DNA from: Chiloscyllium plagiosum
Taxonomy: Eukaryota
Assembly: GCF_004010195.1 (NCBI RefSeq)
Contig: NC_057751.1
Coordinates: 3,783,866 to 3,847,865 of the forward strand
Length of the DNA: 64,000 nt
Reading direction: 5' to 3'
Shown: positions 48,797 to 61,442 of the stretch, piece by piece
Layout: each line of letters starts with the position of its first letter
Position numbering within the stretch: the stretch's first letter is position 1
Made by a program: the position numbers and the translations under genes
The notes under the pieces: model-generated
What the model was told of the DNA's origin: nothing
The model's input: the letters and a program-made list of their open reading frames with translations, nothing else
Database searches by the model: none

Positions 48797-51410
48797 TCGA
48801 AGGAAGGATAGAAAGGGAGGCAAGAGAGGAGGGGAAGTGGCATTTTTGATAAGGGATAGCATTACAGTTGTGCTGAGGGAGGGTATTCCCGGAATTACAT
48901 CCAGGGAAGTTATTTGGGTGGAACTGAGGAATAAGAAAGGGATGATCACCTTATTGGGATTGTATTATAGACCCCCTAATAGTCAGAGGGAAGTTAAGAA
49001 ACAAACTTGTAAGGAGATCTCAGCTATCTGTAAGAATAATATGGTGATTATGGCAGGGGATTTTAACTTTCCAAACATCGACTGGGACTGCCATAGTGTT
49101 AAAGGTTTAGATGGAGAGGAATTTCCTAAGTGCATACAAGACAATTTTCTGATTCAGTATGTGGATGTACCTACTAGGGAAGGTGCAAAACTTGACCTAC
49201 TCTTGGGAAATAAGGCAGGGCAGGTGACTGAGGTGTCAGTGGGGGAGCACTTTGGGGCCAGTGACCATAATTCTATTCGTTTTAAAATAGTGATGGAAAA
49301 GGATAGACCAGATCTAAAAGTTGAAGTCCTAAATTGGAGAAAGGCCAATTTTGAGGGTATTAGGCAAGAACTTTCAAAAGCTGATTGGAGGCAGATGTTC
49401 ACAAGTAAAGGGACGGCTGGAAAATGGGAAGCCTTCAGAAATGAGATAACAAGAATCCAGAGAAAGTATATTACTGTCAGGGTGAAAGGGAAAGCTGGTA
49501 GGTGTAGGGAATGCTGGATGACTAAAGAAATTGACGGTTTGGTCAAGAAAAGGAAGGAAGCATATATCAGGTATAGACAGGATAGATCGAGTGAATCCTT
49601 AGAAGAAAATAAAGGAAGTAGGAGTATACTTAAGAGGGAAATCAGGAGGGCAAAAAGGAGACATGAAATAGCTTTGGCAAATAGAATTAAGGAGAATCCA
49701 AAGAGCTTTTACAAATACATTAAGGACAAAAGGGTAACTAGGGAGAGAATAGGGCCTCTCAAAGATAAGCAAGGCGGCCTTTGTGTGGAGCCACAGAAAA
49801 TTATTATAGAGGAGGAAGTGCTGGATGTCTTGAAATGCATAAAAGTGGATAAATCCCCAGGACCTGATTAGGTGTACCCTAGAACTCTGTGGGAAGCGAG
49901 AAAAGTGATTGCAAGGCCTCTTGCTGAGATATTTGCATCATCGATAGTCACAGGTGAGGTGCTAGAAGACTGGAGGTTGGCTAAATTGGTGCCACTGTTT
50001 AAGAAGGGTGGTAAGGACAAGCCAGGGAACTATAGACCAGTGAGCCTGACCTCGGTGGTGGGCAAGTTGTTGGAGGGAATCCTGAGGGACAGGATGTACA
50101 TGTATTTGGAAAGGCAAGGACTGATTCGGGATAGTCAACATGGCTTGTGCGTGGGAAATCATGTCTCACAAACTTGATTGAGTTTTTTGAAGAGGTAACA
50201 CAGAGGATTGATGAGGGCAGAGCGGTAGATGTGATCTATATGGATTTCAGTAAGGTGTTTGACAAGGTTCCCCATGGGAGACTGATTAGCAAGGTTAGAT
50301 CTCATGGAATACAGGGAGAACTAGCCATTTGGATACAGACTGGCAAGAAGACAGAGGGTGGTAATGGAGGGTTGTTTTTCAGACTGGAGGCCTGTGACCA
50401 GTGAAGTGCCACAAGGATCGGTGCCCGGTCCTCTACTTCTTGTCATTTACATAAACGATTTGGATGCGAGCGTAAGAGGTACAGTTACTAAGTCTGCAGA
50501 TGACACCAAAATTGCAGGTGTAGTGGACAGCAAAGAGGGATACCTCAGATTACAACAGGATCTGGACCAGATGGGCCAATGGGCTGAGAAGTGGTAGATG
50601 GAGTTCAATTCAGATAAATGTGAGGCGCTGCATTTTGGGAAAGCAAATCTTAGCAGGACTTATACACATGATGGTAAGGTCCTAGGGTGTGTTGCTGAAC
50701 AAAGAGACCTTGTAGTGCAGGTTCATAACTCCTTGAAAGTGGAGTCGCAGGTAGATAGGATAGTAAAGAAGGCGTTTGGTATGCTTTCCTTTCTTGGTCA
50801 GAGTATTGAGTACAGGAGTTGGGAGGTCATGTTGCGGCTGTACAGGACACTGGTGAGGCCACTGTTAGAATATTGCGTACAATTCAGGTCTTCTTCCTAT
50901 TGGAAAGATGTTGTGAAACTTGAAAGGGTTCAGAAAAGATTTACAAGGATGTTGCCAGGGTTGGAGGATTTGAGGTATAGGGAGAGACTGAACAAGCTGG
51001 GGCTGTTTTCCCTGGAGCGTCGGAGCATGAGGGGTGACCTTATAGAGGTTTACAAAATTATGAAGGGCATGGATAGGGTAAATAGGCAAAGTCTTTTCCC
51101 TGGGGTCAGGGAGTCCGGAACTAGAGGGCATAGGGTGAGAGGGGAAAGATATAAAAGAGACCTAAGGGGAAACTTTCTCACGCAGAGAGTGGTACAGGTA
51201 TGGAATGAGCTGCCAGAAGAAGTGGTGGAGGCTGGTACAATTGCAACATTTAAGAGGCACCTGGATGGGTATATGAATAGGAAGGGTTTGGAGGGATATG
51301 GGCCGGGTGCTGGCAGGTGGGACTAGATTGGGTTGGGACATCTGGTTGGCATGGATGGGTTGACCGAAGAGTCTGTTTCCATGCTGTACATCTCTATGAC
51401 TACGACTCTA
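48797..51410 (+). mobile_element. HER1-like CR1 ORF2 (APE endonuclease plus RT), with stops, frameshifts and an internal deletion near 49800
   Basis: GLYYRPPN, GDFNFPNIDW, SDHN, DFSKVFDKVPH, SADDTK; tail TCTCTATGACTACGACTCTA. Confidence 0.95.
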
Positions 51411-53144
51411 TCTCAAATTTCTTTCTTAGGACTATGCTCAGACCTCTTTCCTGTTGACCGGGATTGTAATCAGCTTTTCTCTTCAGGGTTAGAAACAGAT
51501 TTGTAAAATGTCAAGTAAATTTAGCTAAAGTTTGGTAAATGTAAGACTGTTACACATTAAGTAACAAGACAAAAATTGATCGGCATCAAATATCATGCAT
51601 CGACTCTGTTCCAAATGATGTTTAAATTAAAACCAGTACTACTGGTAACAGGGTGAGCAAAATTAAAAAATATCTTCCTCAGACAGCTCACTCTGATTTG
51701 CAGTGAGTCCAATTTAGATGGGGATTAATTAGCTCACCCTGAAGGAATGTTTAATTGGGCTACTAATCTATTTCAAGGTCAGTCAGTAAGGCTAAGAACC
51801 CAAAACAGCTCATTCGAATCCTGTCTATTCTGCTCAGTCATGTGTCAACACTTGGAAGTGTGTTAATTCAGCTCGATATTGAATGTGTAACTTTTAACAC
51901 ATTTGATGAAGTCCCTGAATAAACAAAGAAGTGTTGGAATGTAACACATATTGTGTTGAATTCAACACACTGATGTACAAAGGTATAAATATCATCATGA
52001 TAACAGCATTCACTGTTTGAAGGAATGTTAAATCTTTCAGTTACTGACATGTGGCAATAAGGAAAAAGGACAGTGAAGAAAAGCACATGTGCAACCATTC
52101 TGCTTTCCCAGATATAGATTTTTAAGTGCCCAGCTTTTACGAAGAAAACTATTGTTGAATCCAGTCAGCAGTCAGTCTAATTTCGGGAAATAAAATGAAA
52201 GCCTGTTGAGTGTGTCACTGACTTAAGAGTTCAGGTAGTGGAGCTGCCATTTTTCTCAGTGCACAAGAATGAAAAGTGAAGACCATGAATCAATCCAGTT
52301 ATCATAATGCTGAATTCAAAAATGGATGCAGTAAAAGAGTCATGATCATTCCAAGATAACTTCAGAGTAACAGTGAACAGATCAATTAAGTTAAACATAT
52401 GTTTACCAGAATAACCGACAGATTTCAGCCCCTAAAATTATTTTTGGTGTGTCAAGTATGCCTTCAATCATAGAAATTTTGGGGCAGTTGAGAAAACAAA
52501 TCTCTTTCACATATTTGCATGACAAAATATTTTAAAATGGAAAATAAACTGTTCGGTGTAGACCGGGGTCTAAGTGTTCAATGTCAAGAGCTTTCAGAAG
52601 GTGGTGTTCATGGTACAGGCAGCAAGGTGAGAAGAAACGGTTACCCGCTCAAATAGCCGATGACATCCCCCGATGTTGCATGATCAGACTCTGAGCCAAA
52701 TTCATGAAATACACAGCACAAACAATACATTCAAACTAAGTGATAATGTTAACCTGAGTACTGCTTTTTGCAGCATGATGGTCAGTCAGACTGTCTTTGA
52801 CCTTCAGTTTTATCTTTTATTGTGCCTGCATTGAGGTGAACTTGAAAAAATAATCAATGGATCACTGTGTGTGCGAAGTCACTTGGCTTCAGGAACAACA
52901 TCTCAGTTAGTTCTGCATTAGAAATGCGTAGTTCTCAATCAATCAGCTTGTCACTAACTTGGTTGCCATGATGACAAGATTACAGTTAAGTGTGTGCACA
53001 TAAAAATTATTTTGGAATTATTGCATGGGCAGTTGTCAGTATAAATGAAAGCCTTATCCTCAGGAAACTCTTAGTCTCTCCCTCTGTGGCCATTCCACTC
53101 ACTCCCCAATCTTTACTCCTTTAAATATAAAAAGCATCCCTCCA

Positions 53145-54275
53145 GTGTGGAAGTGAACAATTCAGCCTCTCGAGTCCACACCTACCTCCGAAGAGCATCC
53201 CACCCACACCCACTGCTCTACCTGGCCTGGAATTATGGAGCGAACTCCCAATTATCAAGGTCCACTGGGAGGCGTTGGAGAACATTGACCACTTCCAATA
53301 CTTCGGCAGAATCCTGTCGGCCAAAGTAGCTAATGATGAAGAGATCCAGCAGTACACTAGTGCAGCCTACAGATGTCTGAGGAAAAGGGTGTTCGAAGAC
53401 AACAACATGAGATCTGACACCACGATCACGATTTGCAGAACAATGGTGGTTCTCACCCTCCTATATGATCTCAAGATGCTGGAGCAGTACCACCAATACT
53501 ACATGCAAAAGATCCTGTGAATATGCTGGGATGAAAGACACACCAACACCAGCATCCTCAACCAATCCAACATCCCCAGCATCGAGGCACTGACTACCCT
53601 TGATCGGCTAAGATAGGCTAGGCATGTTGTTGGCATGGCCAACACAAGCAGGTGCTGTACTCCCAGATTCAAGACAGTCGGCAAGTCCCAGGTGGACAGA
53701 GGAAGTGCTTCAGTGACAGCCTCAAGGCCACCCTGGCAAAGTACATGCTGCAGATACCTGGGAATCACTGGCTCAAGACCGTGCAGAGTGGAGGAGGAGC
53801 ATCCAAGGAAGGCATTGAGCACCTCGAGACTTGCTGTCGGGAGAAAGCAGACGCCAGGCGAAAACAGTGAAAGGAGAATGCTGCCATCCCATGATCCACC
53901 CACCGCTTCCTTTGACTACTTCTGCACCAAGTACAACAAAGCCTGCGGAAGCCACATTGGTCTGTACAGCCACCTATGGACTCATCCTGAGAGTGGTAGG
54001 GGAGTCATCATCATTGGAGTCCCTTGCAGACAATGATGACTCCCCTCCCCTCTCTGCATATCTCATGATTAACCCACTTAACCTACACATCCATGGACAC
54101 TATAGGCAATCTAGAATGACCAACCCCCGTAATCTGCACATCTTTAGACTGTGGGAGGAATGCGGAGCACCTGGAGCAAACACATGCAGTCAGGAAGAAT
54201 GTGCAAACTCCACACAGACCATCGCCTGAGGGTAGTATCGAACCTGTGGCAGAAATGCTAACCCCTACGCCAACG
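53145..54275 (-). mobile_element. HE1-type SINE split by an RTE insertion (pieces ~53145-53215 and ~54040-54275)
   Basis: CTGCACATCTTTAGACTGTGGGAGGAA..GGAGCACC..TGTGCAAACTCCACACAGAC matches 1335-1668; minus-strand B box GGTTCGATAC. Confidence 0.8.
53216..54039 (+). mobile_element. RTE-clade LINE 3' fragment
   Basis: LENIDHFQYFGRILS..DEEI, LRKRVFE, GGQRKCFSDSLKA and a C-terminal C..C.SHIGLYSHL..H motif. Confidence 0.85.
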
Positions 54276-54293
54276 CAGAAAAAAAACAGATGT

Positions 54294-54644
54294 GGAGGTG
54301 ATGATATCAGGCAGCTTTAGTGGACGAACAGTCAAGACTTCAGGCTAATGTTCCGAGGGCATAGGTTCAAGTGCCACCATGACAGATGGTGAATTTTGAA
54401 ATCAATGAAAGATCTGAAATAAGAAACTCACCGAATTGTGACTGTGTACACACAGTCAATTCTAAAAACTTATTTCACATATGTCTTGGAGGAAAAGAAA
54501 TGCGCAGACCTTACCTGATCTGGCTGGCATGTGACTCCAGATCCACACCAATGTCATCGTGTCTTAACTGTGTCTCGGGCAATTTGGGATGATCAATACA
54601 GGCTGGCCTCGTCAGTGATGTCCACATCCCATGAACAAATAAAC
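54294..54644 (+). mobile_element. second tRNA-derived SINE family (decayed)
   Basis: B-box-like GGTTCAAGTGCC at 54364; the 3' tail GGCAATTTGGGATG...CCACATCCCATGAACAAATAAA resembles the tail of LINE 8631-9985. Confidence 0.7.
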
Positions 54645-54871
54645 ATGTGTGGGACTGTCCTTGACAAGTTCCATTTTTGTTAATCTTGTTCAAGAGAAAT
54701 CTCTTGTAATGATCTTTCTTCTCACCTCATGCAAGTACCTTCAGAATTCCTCTTTTCTGTCTCATCTATTTCTGCTCCTGGCAATATTAATGCCAACATA
54801 CAATTTCAAGTTCTATATAAATGAGCTCAACCTCACTATAATCTCCATTGACTTCTTCACTCTCTCCATTT

Positions 54872-57061
54872 TGTTGTGAAGTTGAAGGTGTGTACTGTAC
54901 CTTTAAGAGAGAGAGAGAATGCTGTTCTGAATGAGAGTTTACAAGCCTCAGTGTATATGATTAGATGGCAGTTCCAGTGAATCCTGGAAAATTGAAAAAT
55001 GTAACATTTGGCTGTGAAATGGATACCTGAATTTTGGTTGCTGTTTTGACAACAACTCGAATTTAACCAATCAGTTTAAATTAGGCCTCAGGGACAGTAA
55101 AACCCAATCTGCTTCGAATTTATTGTTTTGCCAACATTAAAACAATACGACGATCCAACGTTGAGAGAATATAAGAATGCAGACATTTTGAAGATTGGAG
55201 AGAGAACAACTGACATCAAGACAGAAACACAGGGAGAGCTAACATCTTGTTGTCTCAGAAATTTAGAAACACACTCTGTCAAAGGTACCTTTTCACATGA
55301 AACATACCCGCAATAAAAAGCAAGACGACAACCCAGGGAGATCCTCAGCCGGAAGAGGGAAGACAGAAGACGACAGCAGTTGTGTGGCTTTGAAATTGAG
55401 TTGATGTAATTTTAGTAAGTGTCTTATTGGAACAGCATATTGTTATACAATTGGAGGAAGATTGCAAACAGTGAAGAGAAAGGGGCTTGGAGTTGTGAAT
55501 AGCAAATGTGGTTCCCTTGTTCAAAAAAGGAAGTAGAGACAACCCTAGTAATTACAGACCAGTGAGTCTCACTTCAGTTGTTGGTAAAGTGTTGGAAAAG
55601 GTTATAAGAGATAGGATTTATAACCATCTAGAAAAGAATAATCTGATCAGGGTCAATCAGCACGGTTTTGTGAAGGGTAGGTCATGCCTAACGAATCTTC
55701 TTGACTTTTTTGACAAAGTGACCAAACAGGTGGATGAGAGTAAACCGGTTGATGTGGTGTATATGGATTTCAGCAAGGTGTTCAATAAGGTTCCCCAAAG
55801 TAGGTTATTATACAAAATGCGGAGGAATGTGATTGTGGGAGACATAGCAGTTTGGATCAGTAATTGGCTTGCTGAAAGAAAACAGAGGGTTGTAGTTGAT
55901 GGAACATGTTCATCTTGGTGTCCAGTTACTAGCGGCGTACCGCAAGGGTCGGTGTTGGGTCCACTGCTATTCGTCATTTTTATAAATGACCTGAATGAGG
56001 GCTTAGAAGGGTGGGTTAGCAAATTTGCGGACAACACTAAGGTCGGTGGAGTTGTGGATACTGACGAAGGATGTAGTAGGTTGCAGAGAGACATAGATAG
56101 GATGCAGAGCTGGGCTAAGAGGTGGCAAATGGAGTTTAATGTGGACAAGTGTGACGTGATACACTTTGGATGGAGTAATCGGAATGCAAAGTACTGGGCT
56201 AATGGTAAGATTCTTGGTAGTGTCGATGAGCAGAGAGATCTCGGTGTCCATGTGCACAGATCCCTGAAAGTTGCCACCCAGATTGACAGGGTTGTTAAGA
56301 AGGCATACAGTGTTTTGGCCTTTATTAATAGAGGGATTGAGTTCCAGAACCAGGAAGTAATGCTGCAGCTGTACAAAGCTCTGGTACGGCCACACTTGGA
56401 GTGTTGTGTACAGTTCTGGTCACCATATTGTAAGAAGGATGTGGAAGCTTTGGAAAGGGTGCAGAGAAGATTTACTAGGATGTTGCCTGGTATGCAAGGA
56501 ATGTCTTATGAGGAAAGGCTGAGGGCCTTGAGGCTGTTCTCGTTAGAGAGAATAAGGTTGAGAGGTGACTTAATAGAGACATACAAGATAACCAAAGGGT
56601 TAGATAGGGTGGACAGGGAGAGGCCTTTTCCAAGTATGGGAATGGCAAACACGAGGGGACACAACTTTAAAGTGAGGGGAGACAGGTATAAGACAGATGT
56701 CAGAGGTAGTTTCTTTATTCAGAGAGTAGTAAGGGTATGGAATGCTTTGCCTGCAATGGGAGCAGATTCGCCAAGTAAGTGCAATTAAGTAGTCATTGGA
56801 CAGGCATAGGGACATACATGGAATAGGATAGGTGGGATGGGCTTCAGATTAGTATGACAGGGGGCGCAACATCGAGGGCCGAAGGGCCTGTACTGCGCTG
56901 TTATGTTCTATGAATGTTCACTTTGAGAGTTTAAAAAGATAAATCGATGTTAGTGGAATCTGGGAGTTCTGTCACTCATATTTTAACAGATTATGAGACG
57001 AGGTGAGCTTTTCTGGGTGTTTGGCTTAATTAACAGTGCGGTTCACCCCTGCGTCGTAACA
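54872..57061 (+). mobile_element. solo LTR interrupted by a CR1 insertion
   Basis: TGTT...AACA termini, perfect TSD ATTT (54868-54871 / 57062-57065), CCAAT and TATAA motifs; reverse homolog of 16382-17142. Confidence 0.9.
55501..56911 (+). mobile_element. young 5'-truncated CR1 with an uninterrupted 426-aa RT frame (55508-56788)
   Basis: Full RT motif set in one frame (the catalytic motif reads FADN); tail TTATGTTCTATG; flanking TGAAT repeat. Confidence 0.95.
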
Positions 57062-57524
57062 ATTTCATCACCTACTTTTTATTGTTTTTAGATAAACCAG
57101 ACACCCATCCAATTCAACATGAGGAAGGGCATAACTATCGCACTCAGTCCACACTACAATTCTCTTGTCCAGCAAACCAGCACCATCTGTGCTTCTCTCA
57201 CAGGCAAAATAGATTGTTCACACGCTCAAGAGATTGAGACGATTGAACAGAGCTTCTGATCTCTTATGCAAGCCTTTGAGTTGCACCTCTGTAGTATTAC
57301 TCATTTCCATTGCTGCATCAGCCCACATGCTAAGATACATCATCCATTTTTTTTGTCTGGATTCAGTCATTCCAACACACCTATGAGTGGCATATCATCG
57401 TTTACCTTCCATAAACTTTTAAGTTCATTCAAAGCTATGCAACCCTTATCACGTTTTTTACCAAGTTCCGTTCACTCACTTTGTTCATGAGTCTACACTG
57501 GCACCTCATTCAATTCTGTCTTGA

Positions 57525-57818
57525 TCGAGTCATACACCAGGATAATAGACCCTTCGGTCCAAACAGTCCAAGCCAAACATAAACCCAAACTAAATTAGTC
57601 CCACCTGTCTGGTCCTGGCCCACATCCCTCCAAATTTTTCCTTTTCATGTATCTATCCAGATGTCTTTTAAATGTATCCACATCCACCACTTTCTCAGTC
57701 AGTTCATTCCACATGCGAATCACTGACTGTGTAAAAAATTTACCGCTCATGTCTTTTTTAAATTTCTATCCTCTCACCTCAAATGTGTGGCCCTTACTCT
57801 TGAAATCCCCCATCCTTG
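57525..57818 (-). mobile_element. CR1 3' end fragment
   Basis: AGACCCTTCGGTCCAA 3'UTR signature; KGHTFEVRG. Confidence 0.8.
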
Positions 57819-57819
57819 A

Positions 57820-60800
57820 GCAGTCCCAAGTCGTGGTCCACACAGGCAGAAATTCAGGGAGCTCAAATGGAAGCTTGGAGCTATACAGAGTTGTTATCTC
57901 TGGTTTGTTACTCATGTCATGTGCTGGCAAGGCGAGGAATAAGGAGAGCGAGGAGTTGAACACGTGCCCCACGGATGGTGCGGCGGCGGGTGTGGGGGGG
58001 GAGGAGGGGTTCAGATAGCTGGATAATTGGGGCTCATTCGGGGGTAAGCAGGTCCTCTACAAACAGGATGGTCTTCACCTGAACCAGAGGTGTCCCCATA
58101 TCCTGGGGGTGGGGAAATTTGCTATTGCTTTTCGGAGGGTTTAAACTAATTCAGCAGGGGATTGGGAACCTAAATTGTAGTTCTAGTGTCCAGGAGGTTG
58201 AGGCTACTGAGGTCAGAAATATGGTTTCAAGGTCACAAGTTGGTTTAAAGTGTGTCTACTTCAACGTCAGCAGCATCTGGAATAAGGTGGGTGAACTTGC
58301 AGCGTGGGTTAGTACCTGGACCTTGATGTTTGAGCCATTTCGGAGATGTGGATAGGGCAGGAACAGGAATGGTTGTAGCACGTTCCGGGATTTAGATGTT
58401 TCAGTAAGAACAGAGAAGATGGTAAGAGGGGAAGGTGTGGCATTGTTAGTCAAGGACAGTATTACAGTGGCAGAAAGGACGTTTGAAGATTTGTCTACTG
58501 AGGTAGGAGAGGCTGAGATTAGAAAAGCAAAGGAGAGGTCACCCTTTGGGAGTTTTTTTTATAGACCTCCAAATAGCTCCAGAGATGTAGAGGAAAGGAT
58601 TGCAATGATGATTCTGGATAGGAGTGAGAGTAACAGGGTAGTTGTTATGGAGAGCTTTAACTTTCCAAATATTGCCTGGAAATACTATAGTTTGAGTACT
58701 TTAGATGGGTCAGTTTTTGTCCAATGTGTGCAGGAGGTTTTTTTTGACACAGTATGTAGACAGGCCAACAAGAGGGCTAGGCCACATTGGATTTGGTACA
58801 GGTAGACAACCCTTTATCCAAAATCCCGAAATCCAAAAACCAAAGATTTTTTTTGTCAAGTTTTTATCTCATTAACAAGGTTGTATGGTGTGCAGACAGT
58901 TAACCCAACTCCACACCCACTCGATGCGTGTCACTCAGAAGCGACGTGGGGGGGGGGGGGGGCATTGCCCAACAATGGCAGGCCTCAATTCTGTCTTTCG
59001 GCCCGTTACTCAAGTGAGTCTGCTGTCTGGTAAGATTTTTTTTAATTTCACCGTTGAACTGTCATTTATTTGGAAATTTGAAAAATTCCAAAAACCAGCT
59101 GGTCCCGAGTGTTTCAGATAAAGGATTGTGCACCTATACTGGATAATATGCCTGGCAGATTTTAGATTTGGAGGTAGCTGAGCACTTTGGTGATAGTGAC
59201 CACAATTTGGTTATTGTTTACTTTAGTGATGGAAAGGGATAGATATACACCACAGGGCAAGAGTTATGACTGGGGGAAAAGGGAATTATGATGCGATTAG
59301 GCAAGAATTAGGATGCATCGGATGGGGAAAGAAACTGCAGTGGATGGGCACAATTGAAACGTGGAGCTTATTCAAGGAACAGCTACAGCGGGTCCTTAAT
59401 AAGTACGGATCTGTCAAGCAGGGAGGAAGTGGTTGAACGAGGGAGCCGTGGCTTATTAAGGAAGTTGAATCTCTTTTCAAGAGGAAAAAGAGGCATTTGT
59501 TGGGATGAGACGTGAAGGCTCAGTTAGGGCTCTTGAAGGTTATAAGCTCGCCAGGAAAGACCTAAACAGAGAACTAAGAAGAACCAAGAGAGGATGTGAG
59601 AAGTCATTGGCAGGTAAGATCAAGGAAAATCCAAAAGCTTTCCATTGGTACATCAAGAATAAAAGTAAGAGTAGACTACAGTAACATTAGGGCCAGTCAA
59701 CAACAGTAATGGGAAGTTGTGCATGGAGTCCAAGGAGATCGGAGAAGCACGAAATGAATATTTTCGTCAGTATTCACATTGGAAAAAGACAATGTTGTTG
59801 AGGACAATACTGAGATACAGGCTAGTAGACTAGACAGGATTGAGGTTCACAAGGAGGAGGTGTTAGCAATTCTGAAAAGTGTGAAAATAGATTAGACCCC
59901 TGGGCCGGATGGGATTTATCCAAGCATTCTCTGGGAATCCAGGGAGGAGATTGCACAGCCTTTGGCTTTGATCTTTATGTAATCATTGTCGGCAGGAATA
60001 GCGCCAGAAGACTGGAGGAGAGCAAATATTGTCCCCTTGTACAAAAAGGGGAGTAGGGACAACCCTGGTAATTCTAGACTAGTGAGCCTTACTTCAGTTG
60101 TGGGTAAAGGGTTGGAAAAGGTTATAAGAGATAGGATTTATAATCAGCTAGAAAGGAATAATTTGATGAGGGATAGTCAACACGGATTTGTGAAGGGTCG
60201 GTCGTTCCTCACAAACCTTATTGAGTTCTTTGAGAAGATGACCAAACAGATGGATGAGGGTAAAGCGGTTGATGTGGTGTATATAGATTTCAGTAAGGTG
60301 TTTGATAAGGTTCCCCATGGTAGGCTATCGCACAAAATACGGAAGTTTGGGATTGAGGGCGATTTAGCAGTTTGGATCAGAAATTGGCTGAAAGAAGACA
60401 GAGGGTGGTGGTTGATGAGAAATGTTCATTCTGGAGTTCAGTTACTAGTAGTGTACTGCAAGGATCTATTTTCGGGCTACTGTTGTTTGTCATTTTTATA
60501 ATGACCTGGACGAGGGTGCAGAAGATGGGTTAGTAAATTGTGCGGATGACATGAAGGTCGGTGGACTTGTGGACAGTGCGGAGGGATGTTGCAGTTTACA
60601 GAGGGACATAGATAAGCTGCAGAGCTGGGCTAAAAGGTGGTAAATGGAATTTAATGTGGAGAAGTGTGAGGTGATTCACTTTGAAGGAGCAAACAGGAGT
60701 AAAGAATACTGAGCTAAAGATAAGAGTCTTGGCAAATGGTAAAATTCTTGGCAGTGTAGATGAGCAGAGAGATTTTGGTGTCCATGTACATAGACCCCTG

Positions 60801-61442
60801 AAAGTTGCCACCCAGGTTGATCGGGTTAAGAAGGCATACAGTGTGTTAGCTTTTATTGGTAGAGGGATTGAGTTTCTCAGCCATGAGGTCATGTTGCAGC
60901 TGTACAAAACTCTGGTGCGGTTACACTTGGAGTATTGCGCACAGTTCTGGTCACTTATAGGAAGGATGTGGAAGCTTTGGAAAGGGTTCAAAGGCAATTT
61001 ATGAGGATGTTGCCTGGTATGGAAGGAAGGTCTTACAAGGAAAGGCTGAGAAACTTGAGGCTGTTTTCATTAGAGAGAAGGTTGAGAGGTGACTTAATTG
61101 AGACATATAAGATAATCAGAGGGTTAGGTAGGGTGGACTCCTTGGATTTCCTCAGATGGTGATGACTAGCACAAGGGGGCATAGCTTTAAATTGAGGAGT
61201 AATAGATATTCGATAAATGTCAGAGGTGGTTTCTTTACACAGAGAGTAGTAGGGGCAGGGAACGCCCTGCCTGCAATGGTAGTAGACTTGCCAACTTTAA
61301 TGGGCATTTAAAAGGTCATAGGATCAATATATGGATGAAAATAGAATAGTGTAGGATAGATAGGCTTCAGATTGGTTCCACAGGCTGGCGCAACATCGAG
61401 GGTTGAAGGACCTGTACTGTGCTGTAATGCTCAATGTTCTAT
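57820..61442 (+). mobile_element. long decayed CR1 (ORF1 esterase C-terminus, endonuclease, RT, 3' tail)
   Basis: RVVISGLL, DGLHLN at ~58068, CVYFN, FYRPPN, GRSFLTNLIEFF, LVRLHLEYCAQFW. Confidence 0.9.
58799..59136. mobile_element. Tc1/mariner (pogo/Tigger-like) MITE
   Basis: About 25-bp imperfect TIRs (CAGGTAGACAACCCTTTATCCAAAA vs reverse-complement TAGGTGCACAATCCTTTATCTGAAA), TA duplication at 58797-58798 / 59137-59138; splits the CR1 DLV|L motif. Confidence 0.85.

Noticed and set aside
48837..51326. Active autonomous CR1
   Set aside because: It is 5'-truncated, has in-frame stops near 49869 and 50595, frameshifts and an internal deletion.
52962..52975. RFX X-box-like motif GTTGCCATGATGAC
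   Set aside because: Only one good half-site is present and there is no supporting promoter context.
55657..56376. Long antisense ORFs opposite RT (also 22255-22818, 49154-49546 and others)
   Set aside because: These are antisense shadows of CR1 ORF2 that recur in every copy, with no independent protein signature.
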